Shown: positions 10,083-17,852 of the stretch, one piece after another
How the letters are laid out: every line of letters begins with the position of its first letter
Numbering within the stretch: the stretch's first letter is position 1
Source: Bacteroidales bacterium
GTDB taxonomy: Bacteria; Bacteroidota; Bacteroidia; Bacteroidales; JACABE01
NCBI GenBank assembly: GCA_038204725.1
Contig: JBBRCQ010000003.1
Coordinates: 11,287 to 75,286, forward strand
Direction of reading: 5' to 3'
DNA length: 64,000 bases
Notes under the pieces: generated by a model
Seen by the model: only the letters and a program-made list of their open reading frames with translations
What the model was told of the DNA's origin: nothing
Database searches by the model: none
Position numbers and translations under genes: made by a program

Positions 10083-10368
10083 TGATGAGGCGAAAGGGCG
10101 AAAGGGTGATGGAGAGATGAGGCGAGGGAGCGATGAGACGATGAGGCGATGGAGTGATGGAGTGATGGAGAGATGGAGCGATGGAGCGATGAGGAGAATG
10201 AGGCGAATGGTTGATTTAGCGGTTTGATTTTCAGATTAATTTCTTCAAGTATCTTTTTTCATACTTCGGACTTCGGACTTCGGATTATTTGACTACTTCG
10301 TCATTGCACAGTAACCTAATACCGAATAACAACTTAATAACCATTAACAATTAATCATTAACCAACAA
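10083..10368 (+). repeat. Composite intergenic element, copy A
   Basis: Modules in order: purine-rich 8-mers, a unique core, 3x CTTCGGA at 10264-10284, and a TTAAC leader. It is homologous in module order and core sequence to 10942-11212. Confidence 0.75.
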
Positions 10369-10941
10369 ATGGAAAAACAACGTTGCAACTGGACCAGAGA
10401 TGATGCATTGATGAATGCTTACCACGATGAAGAGTGGGGCGTTCCGTTGCATGATGATGCAAAACTATTTGAATACTTGTTGCTGGATGCTTTTCAGGCT
10501 GGATTGAGCTGGAAAACCATACTTCACAAACGCGAAAATTTCAGGAAAGCTTTCGAAAATTTTGATTACCATAAAATTGCATTGTATGATGAAGCAAAAA
10601 TTGCATTATTGATGCAGGATCAAGGCATTATCCGGAACAGACTAAAGATCAATTCCAGCGTTACCAATGCCATAGCATTCATAAAAATACAAGCTGAATT
10701 TGGAAGTTTCGACCATTATATCTGGCAATTTGTTGATCATACAACCATCGTCAATCAATGGGGAAATTTAAATGATTTACCTGCGCGGACTTCTATCTCT
10801 GACACCATGAGCAAAGACCTTATAAAAAGAGGGTTCAAGTTTGTAGGGAGCACGATTTGCTATGCCTTCATGCAAGCCGCCGGTCTTGTCAACGACCATT
10901 TAGTAAGTTGCTACCGTCATGATTTGGTGATTGGGAGATGA
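10369..10941 (+). CDS. tag: DNA-3-methyladenine glycosylase I
   Basis: 190 aa. 'EEWGVPLHDDAKLFEYLLLDAFQAGLSWKTILHKRENFRKAF' is the typical Tag signature. Confidence 0.9.
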   Translation: MEKQRCNWTRDDALMNAYHDEEWGVPLHDDAKLFEYLLLDAFQAGLSWKTILHKRENFRKAFENFDYHKIALYDEAKIALLMQDQGIIRNRLKINSSVTNAIAFIKIQAEFGSFDHYIWQFVDHTTIVNQWGNLNDLPARTSISDTMSKDLIKRGFKFVGSTICYAFMQAAGLVNDHLVSCYRHDLVIGR

Positions 10942-11212
10942 GGCGATGGAATAAAGGGGCGAGGGAGCGAATGGGCGAATGAGCGATAGGGCGAGGGAGC
11001 GAATGAGAGATGGAGAGATGGAGCGATGGGGTGATTTAGTGGTTTTATTTTGTGATTTAAAAATCAGTTCAATTCCTTCAATTATCTTTTTTTATACTTC
11101 CGACTTCCGTCTTCCGACTTCCGTCTTCCGTCTTCTGACTTCTGACTATTTGCTAATTACAACCTTTAACCCTAACCATAAACTTTAACAATTAACAATT
11201 AACAATTAAAAC
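10942..11212 (+). repeat. Composite intergenic element, copy B
   Basis: Purine-rich 8-mers, the core 'tgatttagtggttttatttt', 7 tandem heptamers CTTCCGA/CTTCCGT/CTTCTGA at 11097-11145, and TTAACAATTAA repeats at 11162-11209. Confidence 0.75.
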
Positions 11213-12109
11213 ATGTTTCAATCACACATCGGAGAATTTGCAGCACTTTTTACCGCTTTTTGCTGGACAGCAACGGCTTTGGCATTTGAATCGGCGAGTT
11301 TAAAAGTAGGATCAGTTGCCGTCAACCTAATTCGCTTGATGCTTGCCATCGTATACTTGAGTATATTTTCTTTTTTAACAAGAGGCTTATGGTTACCTGT
11401 AGATGCTTCCGGAAAAGCCTGGCTTTGGTTATCCATATCCGGTATCATAGGTTTTGTAATTGGCGATTTGTTTCTTTTTGAATCATACACCATCATTGGG
11501 TCTCGTATTGCCATGCTGATTATGACGCTGGTTCCACCCATGACAGCTTTTATCAGCTGGCTGATGCTGGGTGAAACTTTGACACCCTTTAACTTATTGG
11601 GGATGGGACTTACGTTAACCGGAATATCACTGGTCATTTTGCAGAGAGGGAGCGGGCAAAAACTTTTTTCTGTTACGCATTCCATACGGGGCTTGCTCTT
11701 TGCTTTTCTGGGTGCTGTTGGGCAGGCAGTGGGGCTTGTATTTAGCAAAGTGGGCATGGGGAGTTACAACGCCTTTGCGGCAACTCAAATCCGTATCATC
11801 ACAGGTATTATTGGTTTTGCTATAGTCATTACCTTATGGAAAAAATGGAGCAATGTGGGTGCTGCTTTTAAAAATATCAAAGCTATGAAACGAATTGGTG
11901 TCGGATCGATATTCGGACCTTTTCTGGGCGTTTCATTTTCGTTATATGCCGTGCAACATGCCAATGCCGGTATTGCTGCTACCATCATGTCTATTGTGCC
12001 CATTTTGATTATCCCTCCAGCCATTATGATTATGAAACAAAAAGTAAGCACAAAGGAAATTATAGGTGCAATCATCAGTGTAATCGGAGTAGCATTGTTT
12101 TTTATATAA
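11213..12109 (+). CDS. EamA/DMT-family transporter
   Basis: 298 aa, about 10 TM segments in two EamA-like halves. Confidence 0.8.
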   Translation: MFQSHIGEFAALFTAFCWTATALAFESASLKVGSVAVNLIRLMLAIVYLSIFSFLTRGLWLPVDASGKAWLWLSISGIIGFVIGDLFLFESYTIIGSRIAMLIMTLVPPMTAFISWLMLGETLTPFNLLGMGLTLTGISLVILQRGSGQKLFSVTHSIRGLLFAFLGAVGQAVGLVFSKVGMGSYNAFAATQIRIITGIIGFAIVITLWKKWSNVGAAFKNIKAMKRIGVGSIFGPFLGVSFSLYAVQHANAGIAATIMSIVPILIIPPAIMIMKQKVSTKEIIGAIISVIGVALFFI

Positions 12110-12220
12110 CGTGATCGTTTTTCAAAAATAGAGAAGTAATAAAATCCGACTGAGAGCATTGCAAACAAACTTTTATCAAAGGGACAATTCCTTTGTAAAT
12201 CAGCTTCAATTATTCATACA

Positions 12221-12257
12221 AAAAGGCTTGCAAATCTATTGATTTACAAGCCTTTTT
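12221..12257. terminator. Bidirectional terminator between the EamA gene and ssrA
   Basis: aaaaaggcttgcaaatc-tatt-gatttacaagccttttt (14-bp stem, 1 mismatch) with flanking A/T tracts. Confidence 0.6.
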
Positions 12258-12265
12258 CGTTTACT

Positions 12266-12637
12266 TGGTGGAGCTGCAGGGAGTCGAACCCTGGTCCAAA
12301 CAAGCAGCAAAACTGCCTTCTACATGCTTAGTTTTCTATTGATTGTCGAGCGATTTACCGGAAAAAAACGATCCTATAAATGCCTTATCACTTTTATTTC
12401 ACTTTTGCACCAGCGCCTTGCAAAAGCTATACCAACATTTATGATGCTCAGGTCGAAACGCCGTTAGTCAAAGCTTTTCGGGGAGCAAATAGCTACTTAA
12501 TCTTGGACTAAGCTGCTAAAGCGTAAGAATTGTTTTCGCCGTTTATTGGCTGTGTAACTTGGGATTAACGAGTCATTATTTACCACACTCGGCATGCTTA
12601 CAATCCCACTTTCTTGCTGTCAAAACCGGTCAGCCCC
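12266..12637 (-). ncRNA. ssrA: tmRNA (SsrA)
   Basis: On the minus strand the 5' end reads 'GGGGCTGACCGGTTTTGACAGC' and the 3' end reads 'GGTTCGACTCCCTGCAGCTCCACCA'. The internal tag ORF at 12508-12540 encodes GENNSYALAA*. Confidence 0.9.
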
Positions 12638-12651
12638 GTGATATTGAACTG

Positions 12652-12659
12652 CAAAATTA
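12652..12659 (-). promoter_or_regulatory. Candidate Bacteroidota -7 box (TAATTTTG) for ssrA
   Basis: It matches the TAnnTTTG consensus, 14 nt upstream of the mature tmRNA 5' end. No clear -33 TTTG was seen. Confidence 0.35.
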
Positions 12660-12871
12660 CTCATTTTTAACCGGATAATCTAAAACTAAATAAATAATTA
12701 AAATAATTTCCTGATTATTTTGTGAAATTCAGATTACTTATTCGTATTCATTGCACTTCAAATACTATAGGTACGCTCTTCTCGTTAAATATTGTTAAAT
12801 CTAACTTTAAGTTATTAACAGTTAAAGAATTTCTATTACTTTTGTCGAATTAATTTTAAACCAAAAAAAAA

Positions 12872-13585
12872 ATGAGAAAATACATCCTTTCAATGTTGGG
12901 ATTGTTGCTGATATTTTCAGTCAATGTTTCCGGTCAAAAAAACAAAGTGGTCAAACTTACTTCTACCGCTGATTCAATCAGTTATTTAATTGGTGCTGAT
13001 ATTGGTCATAATTTAATCAACAATTCTATTGAATTCAAATCTGAATTATTGTTCAAAGGAATTGAAGATGCTGTTAAAAACATTGATACCCTTGTTGTGA
13101 GTAAACAAAAGAAAGATGAAGTTTTAGGTAAATGGCAACAGGAAAGAATGAAAAAACAACAGGAAGAAAAATCCAAAATATCAGAAGGTGCCAAGAAAAC
13201 AGGCCTTGACTTTTTAGCCCAAAACAAAAAAGCAACCGGAGTTATCGAATTACCAAGTGGTTTGCAGTACAAAGTAATAAAAGAAGGCAGTGGAGTGCAT
13301 CCCAAAGCAACTGACAAAGTAAAAGTTCATTATCATGGTACGTTGATTGACGGAACAGTTTTCGACTCATCTGTTGAAAGAGGTGAACCAATTTCTTTTG
13401 GATTAAATCAGGTAATTCCAGGTTGGACTGAAGGTGTTCAGTTAATGACACCGGGTTCAAAATACATATTCTACATCCCTTCTAATTTAGCCTATGGCGA
13501 TAGAGAAGCCGGAAAAATACCTCCCGGATCTACTCTTATATTTGAAGTAGAGTTGTTTTCAATAGAAGCTCCTGAACAAAAATAA
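12872..13585 (+). CDS. FKBP-type peptidyl-prolyl cis-trans isomerase (secreted)
   Basis: 237 aa with a signal peptide. The FKBP core reads 'VKVHYHGTLIDGTVFDSS...FGLNQVIPGWTEG...IPSNLAYG'. Confidence 0.9.
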   Translation: MRKYILSMLGLLLIFSVNVSGQKNKVVKLTSTADSISYLIGADIGHNLINNSIEFKSELLFKGIEDAVKNIDTLVVSKQKKDEVLGKWQQERMKKQQEEKSKISEGAKKTGLDFLAQNKKATGVIELPSGLQYKVIKEGSGVHPKATDKVKVHYHGTLIDGTVFDSSVERGEPISFGLNQVIPGWTEGVQLMTPGSKYIFYIPSNLAYGDREAGKIPPGSTLIFEVELFSIEAPEQK

Positions 13586-13614
13586 TTGTTTTTACTATAC
13601 TATCATCAAGTTTA

Positions 13615-13648
13615 AAAAGTCTCTGTAAAATTTATAGAGACTTTTTTT
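13615..13648 (+). terminator. Rho-independent terminator after the FKBP gene
   Basis: aaaagtctct-gtaaaatttat-agagactttt followed by a T-run. Confidence 0.65.
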
Positions 13649-13677
13649 TATCTTTGCATCTGATAACAAAACGAGAA

Positions 13678-14247
13678 ATGTTACTTGATCAGTTAAAAGA
13701 AAAAACAATAGGCATTGCAGGTTGTGGCGGATTGGGTTCCAATTGTGCCATAGCATTGGCACGTATTGGTATTGGAAAACTAATCATTGTCGATTTCGAT
13801 ATTATTGACCAGAGCAATCTCAATCGTCAGTATTTTTTTACCGATCAGCTGGGTATGTTCAAGGTGGATGCACTGCAAATCAACATTGAACGGGTAAATG
13901 CAATAGTTTTAGTTGAAAAACATCCTATAAAACTTTCTCATGAAAATATTACGATGCTTTTTAAAGATTGCGATGTAATTGTTGAAGCATTTGATCATGC
14001 AGAAATGAAAAAAATGCTTATTGAAACGATTTTATCTGAAATGCCCGAAAAATACATTGTTTCAGGCTCCGGTATGGCAGGATGGGGAAATAACAATACG
14101 CTTACAACCATACATTACGACAAACTATACATTTGCGGTGATTTAACTTCTGAAATTTCTGAAAACCTGCCTCCACTTGCACCACGTGTTGGGATAGTGG
14201 CAAATATGCAGGCAAACCAGGTAGTTGAGCTATTGTTAAACAATTAA
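13678..14247 (+). CDS. thiF: ThiF-family (short form) adenylyltransferase, E1-like
   Basis: It has 'GIAGCGGLGSNCAIALARIGIGKLIIVDFDIIDQSNLNRQ'. The ATG at 13678 is preferred over the upstream TTG at 13654. Confidence 0.8.
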   Translation: MLLDQLKEKTIGIAGCGGLGSNCAIALARIGIGKLIIVDFDIIDQSNLNRQYFFTDQLGMFKVDALQINIERVNAIVLVEKHPIKLSHENITMLFKDCDVIVEAFDHAEMKKMLIETILSEMPEKYIVSGSGMAGWGNNNTLTTIHYDKLYICGDLTSEISENLPPLAPRVGIVANMQANQVVELLLNN

Positions 14248-14310
14248 TTATTTAATAATTTTCCAATTACTTTATGAACTTTCTACCATAAAACTTTATA
14301 ATTTACAAAC

Positions 14311-14514
14311 ATGCATATCATTCTTAATAATACACCTGATACCATCGAAGGAGAAGAAATAAGTATTGCTCAAATTTTAGTGCTGAAAAATTTTATTTTC
14401 AAAATGCTGGTTATTAAAGTAAACGACCAAGTGGTTAAAAAGCAGGATTATGATACCACCCTTGTAAAAGATGGCGATAATGTGGTAGTGTTACACTTGG
14501 TGAGCGGGGGTTAA
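14311..14514 (+). CDS. thiS: ThiS-type sulfur-carrier protein (C-terminal GG)
   Basis: 67 aa ending in '...DGDNVVVLHLVSGG', with ThiS-like length and pattern. Confidence 0.8.
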   Translation: MHIILNNTPDTIEGEEISIAQILVLKNFIFKMLVIKVNDQVVKKQDYDTTLVKDGDNVVVLHLVSGG

Positions 14515-14520
14515 TAAAGT

Positions 14521-14572
14521 ACTTGGAGGACTTAGAGGACTTGGATTTTTGAAGTAGTTGGAGGACTTAAAG
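14521..14572 (+). repeat. ACTTRGAGG 9-mer word repeats after the thiS stop
   Basis: 'acttggaggacttagaggacttgga' and 'agttggaggacttaaag'. Confidence 0.7.
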
Positions 14573-14730
14573 TTATTCGGTTAATGATGGTAGCTAGTGG
14601 ATGTTAATATCTACACTACCTATGATATAAAAAGTCAAATAATTTGTTTCGATGTATAAATTCCGGAATAAATTCCGTTATCATCTTTATTTTGTTTATT
14701 TTTGTAATCCATTTTCAAAGAAAAATTACT

Positions 14731-15759
14731 ATGTCCAGATATATCAGCACCTTATTAGCAGTAATCTTTATTCTTTCATTAACTTCCTGTGAAACTGATT
14801 TTAATCCAAATGCAGATCCTAAAGATATTACGGTTGTTTATGGTTTGCTCAATCAACGAGATACTTTTACTTATCTTAAAATAAACAAAGCTTTTCTGGG
14901 GAATGCGAGCGCTTATGAAATGGCTCAAAACGAAGATTTTAGTAGCTATGGCACTGATTTAGATGTAAATATGGACGAACTTCTAAATGGAAGTGTTACA
15001 AAGACCTACCATTTTGATACTACAACAATTTATAATAAAGAACCCGGGATATTTTACGCACCTCAACAAGTTCTGTATAAATGCAAAACTTACAATCCGG
15101 AATCTCCCATTAATGATTCTTTAAAATCAGACAGAGTTTACAATTTAATCATCAAAAACAAAAAGACAGGTAAAATTATCAGTGCAAATACAACACTTGT
15201 AGATAAATTTTCCATCAGAAGACCTTCAGAAAACACTAGTTCTATTGAATTTGTGCTTCCCACTTCAACCATTCCGGGAAAAGCAAAAATAGAATGGCTT
15301 TCAGCAAGAGGAGGTAAAAGGTACCAGGTTACCATGTGTATTCATTATTTTGAAAGCAAAAATGGATCACTTAACGAACCTAAAAATTTACTTGTCAATC
15401 TGGGAACACAAACCAGAAAATCGTTTGAAGGAAATACAGAAATGGAATTGGAATATCTTGGATTAACCTATTATGAATCCTTAAAAAATAATTTGGTATG
15501 GTCAACCACTGCCAACACAATCACACGTACTCCCGGGATTATAGAATTTGTTATCAGTGTTGCAAGCGACGATTTAAGCACTTACATTGAAGTAAACGAA
15601 CCTTCGAACAGTATCGTACAAGTTCGCCCTGAATTCACCAACATCAGCAATGGTATCGGGATCTTTTCATCAAGGTTCAATACCCAGGCAAGGAAATTAA
15701 ATCTGGGACCAAAATCTATAGCTAATTTGCATAACAAATATGGTATGCTTGGATTCTAA
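14731..15759 (+). CDS. Hypothetical lipoprotein (DUF4249-like)
   Basis: The start is moved to the ATG giving 'MSRYISTLLAVIFILSLTSC' (lipobox). Its size and composition resemble Bacteroidota DUF4249 proteins. Confidence 0.5.
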   Translation: MSRYISTLLAVIFILSLTSCETDFNPNADPKDITVVYGLLNQRDTFTYLKINKAFLGNASAYEMAQNEDFSSYGTDLDVNMDELLNGSVTKTYHFDTTTIYNKEPGIFYAPQQVLYKCKTYNPESPINDSLKSDRVYNLIIKNKKTGKIISANTTLVDKFSIRRPSENTSSIEFVLPTSTIPGKAKIEWLSARGGKRYQVTMCIHYFESKNGSLNEPKNLLVNLGTQTRKSFEGNTEMELEYLGLTYYESLKNNLVWSTTANTITRTPGIIEFVISVASDDLSTYIEVNEPSNSIVQVRPEFTNISNGIGIFSSRFNTQARKLNLGPKSIANLHNKYGMLGF

Positions 15760-15960
15760 GCAAACTTTAAGTAACTATGTATTTCAGAATGTTGTTAGTT
15801 AATACAATGATTTAAATTGAATTCATAAAATATTCATGCTATACTGATTTTATTGAAAAAAAAACAATAAAAAAACCGCACATTTAATTTAAATTTTGTA
15901 ATTTAGCACCTTGAATATTTAACAGAAAAATAAATTTATAAACACTTTAAATTCAGCAAT

Positions 15961-16641
15961 ATGGAACAAAAAAAATCAGAAAAAGCTGATCTTGAAAATA
16001 AGAAAGCTATTTTTTTTCAAATAGGTTTGGTTTTTATATTGGGCTTAACACTTTTGGCATTTGAGTGGAAATCATATGACAGAGTTGCTGCTGACACTAG
16101 TTCCCGTCAAGCGGAACAAGTACTGGAGGAAGTTGTTTTACAGACGCAACAAACTACGCCACCACCTCCACCACCGCCAATGCAACAAACTACAGTTCTT
16201 GAAATCGTTGAGAATGATGCTAAAATTGAGAATGAAATCTCCATTGACGCAGAAGCTGATGAAAAAACAGTCGTTGAAGAGTACAAAGCACCAGTTGCTG
16301 CTGAAAAAGAAGTTGAAGAAACAGAAATCTTTACCGTGGTAGAAGACAATCCTGCTTTTCCAGGTGGTGATGAAGCCAGAATAAAATTCTTACAAAGCAA
16401 TATGAAATATCCTACCATGGCCAGAGAAAGTGGTATACAAGGTAAAGTTTATGTTACTTTTGTCGTAGAAAGAGATGGCAGAGTTACTGATGTTAAAATC
16501 TTAAGAGGTATCGGAGGAGGTTGCGACGAAGAAGCTGTAAGAGTTGTAAAAGCTATGCCCAGATGGAATCCTGGTAAACAAAGAGGGAAACCTGTTCGTG
16601 TCCAGTTTAATTTACCTATTCAATTTACTTTAGCAGGGTAA
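15961..16641 (+). CDS. TonB-family energy transducer
   Basis: N-terminal TM segment, proline run 'TTPPPPPPPMQQ', and a C-terminal TonB domain 'PAFPGGDEA...GIQGKVYVTFVVERDGRVTDVKILRG...'. Confidence 0.85.
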   Translation: MEQKKSEKADLENKKAIFFQIGLVFILGLTLLAFEWKSYDRVAADTSSRQAEQVLEEVVLQTQQTTPPPPPPPMQQTTVLEIVENDAKIENEISIDAEADEKTVVEEYKAPVAAEKEVEETEIFTVVEDNPAFPGGDEARIKFLQSNMKYPTMARESGIQGKVYVTFVVERDGRVTDVKILRGIGGGCDEEAVRVVKAMPRWNPGKQRGKPVRVQFNLPIQFTLAG

Positions 16642-16663
16642 TCGTTTTGAAAAGAATATATTA

Positions 16664-16702
16664 AAAAACGTCTCAACTTTTTGAAGTTGAGACGTTTTTT
16701 TT
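16664..16702. terminator. Bidirectional terminator (tonB / hemW convergent)
   Basis: aaaaacgtctcaac-tttttgaa-gttgagacgttttt with flanking A and T runs. Confidence 0.75.
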
Positions 16703-16724
16703 GTTGCAAATTTCATGCATTGGG

Positions 16725-17852
16725 TTATTCCATAAACAATTCCGAAGCTATTCCATCCGCAAAATACTTTCCTGTTGTCGTTAATAAATAAACATTGCCT
16801 TTTCTGCTTACCCATCCTTTTTGAATGAAATTTACTATTTGCTTTTTAAAATAATGATGGATATCACTTCCATATTTATTCAAAATTTCAACTTCATCTA
16901 CACCCCATATTGTTCTTAAACCGGTTAGTATATATTCATCGTATTGCTGGGCAATACTTAAAACTTCACTTTCATAAGGAACAATTCTTTTTTCAACTGA
17001 CAATATATATTTCATAATGTCAGCAACATTCCACTGGCGTGATATTAGATTGTAAGAATGGGCAGAAGGGCCTAAACCCAGGTATTTCTTTTGTTTCCAG
17101 TAGTTACTATTGTGTTGTGAAACAAAACCTTCTTTACAGAAATTCGATATTTCATAATGAATATAATTATTCTTTTGCAAAATATCCATGAGTATCTCAA
17201 ACTGTTGCGAGGCCTTTTCTTCATCAACAGCCGGCATTTTACCCTTTTTTATAAGAACTTCCAGCGCAGTAGCTGATTCAACGGTTAAACAATATGCTGA
17301 AATATGTGGAATATTAAGTTTAATGGCAGTTTCAATATTTTCTATCCACGCTTCGTTCGATAAAGTTGGAATACCATAGATTAAATCAATGGAAAGATTT
17401 GAAAATCCATATTTCTGAGCATTTTTAATTGCATCTTTAGCCTGTTCTGCTGAATGAATACGATTCAGGTATGTAAGATCCGCATCATGAAAAGACTGTA
17501 TACCAATACTCAATCTATTGATAGATGTATTTGATAATTCCTGTAATTTGTCCTCAATTAAATCATCAGGATTTGCTTCCAGGGTAATTTCAGCATGGTT
17601 ATCAATATGAAAATGAACATACAATTGTTGTATAATTTGTTGAATTTCGGAAGTATCAAGCTGTGAAGGAGTTCCTCCTCCAAAATATACAGTAGAAATC
17701 ATTTCTCCCTCTAAATATACTTTTTGAAGTTCGATTTCTTTCAAAAGTGCTGTTACAAAAACAGCTTTGTTCTTTTTGGAAGCCACCGAGTAAAAATTAC
17801 AGTAATGACATTTCTGATGGCAAAATGGAATATGAATATAAATACCTGCCAT
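16725..17852 (-). CDS. hemW: Radical SAM heme chaperone HemW (HemN-like)
   Basis: 375 aa with 'IHIPFCHQKCHYCNF' (CxxxCxxC) and a HemN-like C-terminal domain. Confidence 0.9.
   Translation of the reverse strand: MAGIYIHIPFCHQKCHYCNFYSVASKKNKAVFVTALLKEIELQKVYLEGEMISTVYFGGGTPSQLDTSEIQQIIQQLYVHFHIDNHAEITLEANPDDLIEDKLQELSNTSINRLSIGIQSFHDADLTYLNRIHSAEQAKDAIKNAQKYGFSNLSIDLIYGIPTLSNEAWIENIETAIKLNIPHISAYCLTVESATALEVLIKKGKMPAVDEEKASQQFEILMDILQKNNYIHYEISNFCKEGFVSQHNSNYWKQKKYLGLGPSAHSYNLISRQWNVADIMKYILSVEKRIVPYESEVLSIAQQYDEYILTGLRTIWGVDEVEILNKYGSDIHHYFKKQIVNFIQKGWVSRKGNVYLLTTTGKYFADGIASELFME

Noticed and set aside
10979-11188. 69-aa ORF 'MSDRARERMRDGEMERWGD...' in the tag-eamA spacer
   Set aside because: It is a translation of the purine-rich 8-mer and CTTCCGW heptamer arrays, so the peptide is low-complexity. 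It lies entirely within repeat element B.
11218-12168. Antisense ORFs of 179 aa and 127 aa inside the EamA transporter gene
   Set aside because: These are shadow ORFs opposite a well-supported multi-TM gene, with no recognisable motifs.
13586-14310. TPP riboswitch upstream of thiF or thiS
   Set aside because: No conserved TPP aptamer core is visible. Only a terminator and ~30 nt precede thiF, and ~60 AT-rich nt precede thiS.
14644-14730. Extended N-termini from non-ATG starts in the ORF track (14644, 13654, 24891, 31310, 47355, 56805, 62620)
   Set aside because: The internal ATGs give canonical N-termini (a lipobox or signal peptide, 'MKISYNWLK' for PheT, 'MSNLVNIF' for Prs). The extensions translate leader or repeat sequence.
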